Of a stretch of 64,000 nt of DNA, positions 60,406 to 64,000 are shown piece after piece. Numbering within the stretch: position 1 is the first letter of the stretch; each line of letters opens with the position of its first letter. The stretch is from Nitrospinales bacterium (GTDB lineage Bacteria; Nitrospinota; Nitrospinia; Nitrospinales; VA-1). Under the pieces are notes generated by a model, which did no database searches, was not told where the DNA came from, and worked only from the letters and a program-made list of their open reading frames with translations. A program made the position numbers and the translations under genes. The DNA lies in the NCBI GenBank assembly GCA_965223795.1, contig CBDCXL010000002.1, positions 1,280,001 to 1,344,000 on the forward strand. Reading direction: 5' to 3'.

Positions 60406-60556
60406 GCCCGCAACCGCCGCTCACCATGACCCGCTGCATGCCCGAATCTCTGAGAACGGCTGTTCGACATCGACAGAAAATGAATCGTCAGATTGAAAAA
60501 CGCACTGCGTGGATTCAGCCCGGATTCACTAAGCGCGGCTTGCATACGGATCGCCC

Positions 60557-61360
60557 ATGATCGCCATCGAACAGTTTTTCCCGCAGCTGGCTCACTTCGC
60601 CCATCGTGATCTCTTTCAAAAAGATCAGTGGGTGTTCGAGCCGCTCACCCGCCTGGCGGACATCCTGCTTGCGCTGCAACGGCAGGCGGACGCGGAAACG
60701 GTGGCAACGCTGGAGGGCACGACGGTGGTCGCGGCGGAGGACCCGGCAGGCCGGCGCGGCGGCAAGGGCCTGATCCTCAACCGCTGGATCGAAACCGCAT
60801 CCGCCGTGCACATCCCTGCGCTGGACATTTTTATCGGCAAGGGCGTGTTTCTGGAACCGACCGCCATCATCAAGGGACCGGCGCTGATCGGGCCGGGCTG
60901 CGAGGTGCGCCAGGGGGCCTACCTGCGGGGCAATGTGCTGGTCGGCTCGGCCTGTGTGCTGGGACACGCCACGGAGATCAAGAACAGCATCCTCATGGAT
61001 CACAGCGAGTGCGGCCACTTCAATTACATCGGCGATAGCGTCATCGGCAGCCACGTCAATCTGGGCGCCGGGTCGAAACTGGCGAATTTTCAGTTCCGCA
61101 CGCCGGAGGAGAAGCAAAACAACGTGATCCGCGAAATTTCCCTGCCCGTGCAGGGGAAACAGGTCGCCACGGGCATGCAGAAGTTCGGCGCGGTGGTGGG
61201 CGATCATGTGGAGGTGGGCTGCAATGCGGTGATCTCGCCGGGAACGCTGATCGGGCGGGACAACTGGGTCTACCCCAACACCACGCTTCCGAAGGGTTTT
61301 TACGCGCCGGACACGCTGATCGGCCCGAAGGAGCGCAAACCGAAAATTTCCGGTAAATGA
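60557..61360 (+). CDS. Stand-alone hexapeptide acetyltransferase resembling the GlmU C-terminal domain
   Basis: IKGPALIG, GAYLRG, EIKNS, HFNYIGDSVIG..VNLGAG..ANF, KFGAVVGD. Confidence 0.8.
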   Translation: MIAIEQFFPQLAHFAHRDLFQKDQWVFEPLTRLADILLALQRQADAETVATLEGTTVVAAEDPAGRRGGKGLILNRWIETASAVHIPALDIFIGKGVFLEPTAIIKGPALIGPGCEVRQGAYLRGNVLVGSACVLGHATEIKNSILMDHSECGHFNYIGDSVIGSHVNLGAGSKLANFQFRTPEEKQNNVIREISLPVQGKQVATGMQKFGAVVGDHVEVGCNAVISPGTLIGRDNWVYPNTTLPKGFYAPDTLIGPKERKPKISGK

Positions 61361-61461
61361 GGGCGAATCTCTCTATAATGTGGGCGATCCGTTTCACCCC
61401 TCGCCCCGCACTCGCTTGCCGCACCTCGGGTTCGCGGTGCCTTATTTTGGGTTTTTGATTT

Positions 61462-61544
61462 GCGGGCGTGGCGGAACTGGCAGACGCGCTGGATTTAGGA
61501 TCCAGTGGGCAACCGTGGGGGTTCGAGTCCCTCCGCCCGCACCA
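61462..61544 (+). tRNA. tRNA-Leu(TAG)
   Basis: GCGGGCG/CGCCCGC acceptor stem, CTGGA-TTTAGGA-TCCAG anticodon arm, variable arm, GGTTCGAGTCC T arm, encoded CCA. Confidence 0.95.
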
Positions 61545-61810
61545 CTCGCCGTGGAGGCAGCTTGCTCACGCCGGGACGGGCCCGTTTGGTTTGGTGCGAA
61601 CATTTTTCGTCCAAGCGCACCACTCCTTCGCGGAGGGCGGATTTGCTCACGCCGCGCGATGCTTTTTGGGCAAGCTGGCAGGGTTCTTTTGCTTTGAGCT
61701 TTACGCGGCAATTTGTCTTTCGCACGAAGGAAACCGGTTCCTCGCAAGCAGCAGATTCGAATGCGATTCGCTCTGTTCATCTCTGTTTCATTTTTTAATT
61801 GTTGAAAACC

Positions 61811-63160
61811 ATGGAAATTGAAATCGAAGAAATCGACGCCTGTAATAAGAAGATCAAGTTCGATATTCCGCACCAGGACTATCAGAACAAAGTGACGGAT
61901 TACTACAAATCGCTGGCGCGCGAGGTGAAGGTGCCGGGATTCCGCAAGGGCAAGGTGCCGCAGTCGCTGCTGGAAAAACAGTACGGCCCGCAGGTGAAAC
62001 GGGAGGTGCTGACGCAGCTGATCAGCGACCGGGTGACCGCGGCCATCCAGGAGAAGGGCCTCAGGGCGGTGAGCCAGCCGAACCTGCTGGAAGTGCACGC
62101 CGAGGAGGGCACGGACATCACGGTGTCGGCGTCGGTCGAGGTGCTGCCGGAATTCGAGCTCGCCGATTACAGCGGCATCGAAGTCTCCATGAAGATCCCG
62201 CGCGTCACCGATGAGGAAGTGGACCTGGTGGTGGAAAGCTACCGCTCGCAAAAGGCCGAAACCAAACAGGTCACCGATCGCGCTTCGCAGAAGGACGATC
62301 TGCTCAAGATCGATTTTACCGGCACGCTCGACGGCAAAACCTTCGAAGGCGGCGAGGCCAGGGATTACGTGGTGCAGCTCGGCCAGAAGCAGTTGATCGA
62401 GGATCTGGAAAACGAACTGTACGGCATGGAGGTGGGCGGCGAAAAACAGGCGCGGGTGAAAATTCCCGATAATTACTTCAACAAGGACATTGCCGGCAAG
62501 GAGGTGGACTTCGCCATCACGCTCAAGGGGATCCAGGTCAAGGAGCTGCCGGAGGTGACGGACGCCTTCGCGCAAAACCTCGACGCCGACAAAAAATATG
62601 AAAGCGTCGCCGACATGAAAGCGAAGATCCGCGAGGACCTGGAAACGCACGAGAAAAAACAGGCGCGCAAAAACGCGCAGAAGGATCTGGCCGAAAAACT
62701 GCGGGAGATCAATCCCGTCAATCTTCCGGAAGGTCTGGTGCAGGAGCAGATCAAATTCATGGCCAAGGAAGCGCAGAAGAAAGCCGGCCAGCAGCAGGCC
62801 GGGCACACGCACGATCACGATCATGACCACGGTCACGATCACGAAGTGTCCGCCGAGGACCAGGAAAAATACCGTGAGCCCGCACTCAAGATCCTGCAGC
62901 AGGAACTGCTTGTGGACAAGCTGGCGTCGACTCTCGACATGCAGGTCTCGGCTGAGGAACTGGACGCGGAGGTCAACAATTTCATCAAGATGCTGGGCGG
63001 CGGCGACCCTGCGAAGATGAAGGCCGAATGGCAGAAAAGCGGGGTGCTGGCCAAACTGCACAACCGCATGCGCCGGGAGAAGACGTTAGAGGCGGTTTTA
63101 GACCAGGTTCAGGTCAAAGAAGAAATGGTTGACAGAAAAGAATTAATTGCTGATAATTGA
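61811..63160 (+). CDS. tig: Trigger factor
   Basis: VPGFRKGKVP ribosome-binding signature, FKBP domain, tRNA-Leu-tig-clpP context. Confidence 0.96.
   Translation: MEIEIEEIDACNKKIKFDIPHQDYQNKVTDYYKSLAREVKVPGFRKGKVPQSLLEKQYGPQVKREVLTQLISDRVTAAIQEKGLRAVSQPNLLEVHAEEGTDITVSASVEVLPEFELADYSGIEVSMKIPRVTDEEVDLVVESYRSQKAETKQVTDRASQKDDLLKIDFTGTLDGKTFEGGEARDYVVQLGQKQLIEDLENELYGMEVGGEKQARVKIPDNYFNKDIAGKEVDFAITLKGIQVKELPEVTDAFAQNLDADKKYESVADMKAKIREDLETHEKKQARKNAQKDLAEKLREINPVNLPEGLVQEQIKFMAKEAQKKAGQQQAGHTHDHDHDHGHDHEVSAEDQEKYREPALKILQQELLVDKLASTLDMQVSAEELDAEVNNFIKMLGGGDPAKMKAEWQKSGVLAKLHNRMRREKTLEAVLDQVQVKEEMVDRKELIADN
63129..63157 (+). promoter_or_regulatory. Putative sigma70 promoter for clpP inside the tig 3' end
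   Basis: TTGACA-N17-GATAAT. Confidence 0.5.
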
Positions 63161-63296
63161 ACGGACAGACAAAGCATATCTTTATATAATATAAAGAGTT
63201 ACACCTCTTCCTGTGGTTGGATTCCCGAACGCTTCCCAGGAACCGAATCCATTCTCAATCCGACACCCCCTTTGCCTTGAAAGTGATAGAATTGCT

Positions 63297-63962
63297 ATGA
63301 GCGAAATTTACAATCAGTTAGTGCCCATTGTCGTCGAACAGACCAGCCGCGGCGAGCGTTCTTATGACATTTACTCGCGGCTTTTGAAAGACCGGATCGT
63401 GTTTCTGGGAACGGCGATCGACGATCAGATCGCGAATCTCGCCATCGCCCAGCTTCTGTTTCTGGAATCCGAAGAACCGGAACAGGACATCTACATGTAT
63501 ATCAACAGCCCCGGCGGTCACGTGAGCGCCGGGCTCGGCATCTACGACACCATGCAGTACATCAAGCCGGACGTGCAGACCATCTGCATGGGCCAGGCCG
63601 CCAGCATGGGCGCGCTGCTTCTGGCGGCGGGCGCGCACGGCAAACGCTTCGCCCTGCCCCACTCGCGCATCATGATCCATCAGCCGAGCGGCGGCTTTCA
63701 GGGACAGCACTCGGACATCGAAATCCAGGCCAAGGAAATCACCCACGTGCGCCGGATTCTCGACGAAATTCTGGCCCACCACTGCAATCAGGATGTCGAA
63801 AAGGTGCACCAGGATACCGAACGCGACCGCTTCATGCGGGCTGAGGAGGCCAAGGAATACGGCCTGATCGACAGCGTGATCGAAAAGCGCGTCGAAGCCC
63901 CCGAGCTGGAAAAAGCGGTCTCCGCGGGCAAGGAGAAAAAAACGGATAAAGAGAAGAAATAA
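63297..63962 (+). CDS. clpP: ATP-dependent Clp protease proteolytic subunit
   Basis: [36 protein letters not shown]. Confidence 0.97.
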   Translation: MSEIYNQLVPIVVEQTSRGERSYDIYSRLLKDRIVFLGTAIDDQIANLAIAQLLFLESEEPEQDIYMYINSPGGHVSAGLGIYDTMQYIKPDVQTICMGQAASMGALLLAAGAHGKRFALPHSRIMIHQPSGGFQGQHSDIEIQAKEITHVRRILDEILAHHCNQDVEKVHQDTERDRFMRAEEAKEYGLIDSVIEKRVEAPELEKAVSAGKEKKTDKEKK

Positions 63963-64000
63963 CTGCAACCGCGAGGCGCGGAAGCCCGCGTCCCGCAACA

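Noticed and set aside
61462..61810. Genomic island integrated at tRNA-Leu
   Set aside because: No integrase or duplicated tRNA 3' end was seen; tRNA-Leu-tig-clpP is a standard arrangement.

Overview
High-GC bacterial chromosome segment that looks like Nitrospina/Nitrospinota; this is inferred from the UBact-proteasome operon and the gene content. It is mostly housekeeping genes: an rpoH-like sigma factor, fumC, nadA, nadE, smc, a DinG-family helicase, elbB, tRNA-Leu-tig-clpP, a surface-glycan cluster and a two-partner secretion pair. Notable items are: (1) a complete Pup-like proteasome operon (ARC ATPase, Dop-like, 58-aa UBact ending RTGQ, 20S beta, 20S alpha, PafA-like), whose modifier gene is hidden inside a spurious ORF and whose ATPase lacks the usual HbYX/GQYL tail; (2) an unannotated non-coding array of four hairpin repeats with a 94/94/93-bp period directly after a DUF1566-like gene; (3) a SIR2-like NADase domain fused to a long TPR array; (4) a frameshifted pyrF with GC-rich ends and an AT-rich core, and a scrambled parD 5' end beside an AT-rich orphan gene, either of which may be an assembly artefact; (5) an 813-bp tandem repeat in a filamentous-haemagglutinin-like protein. 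All calls come from reading motifs by eye; no searches were run.
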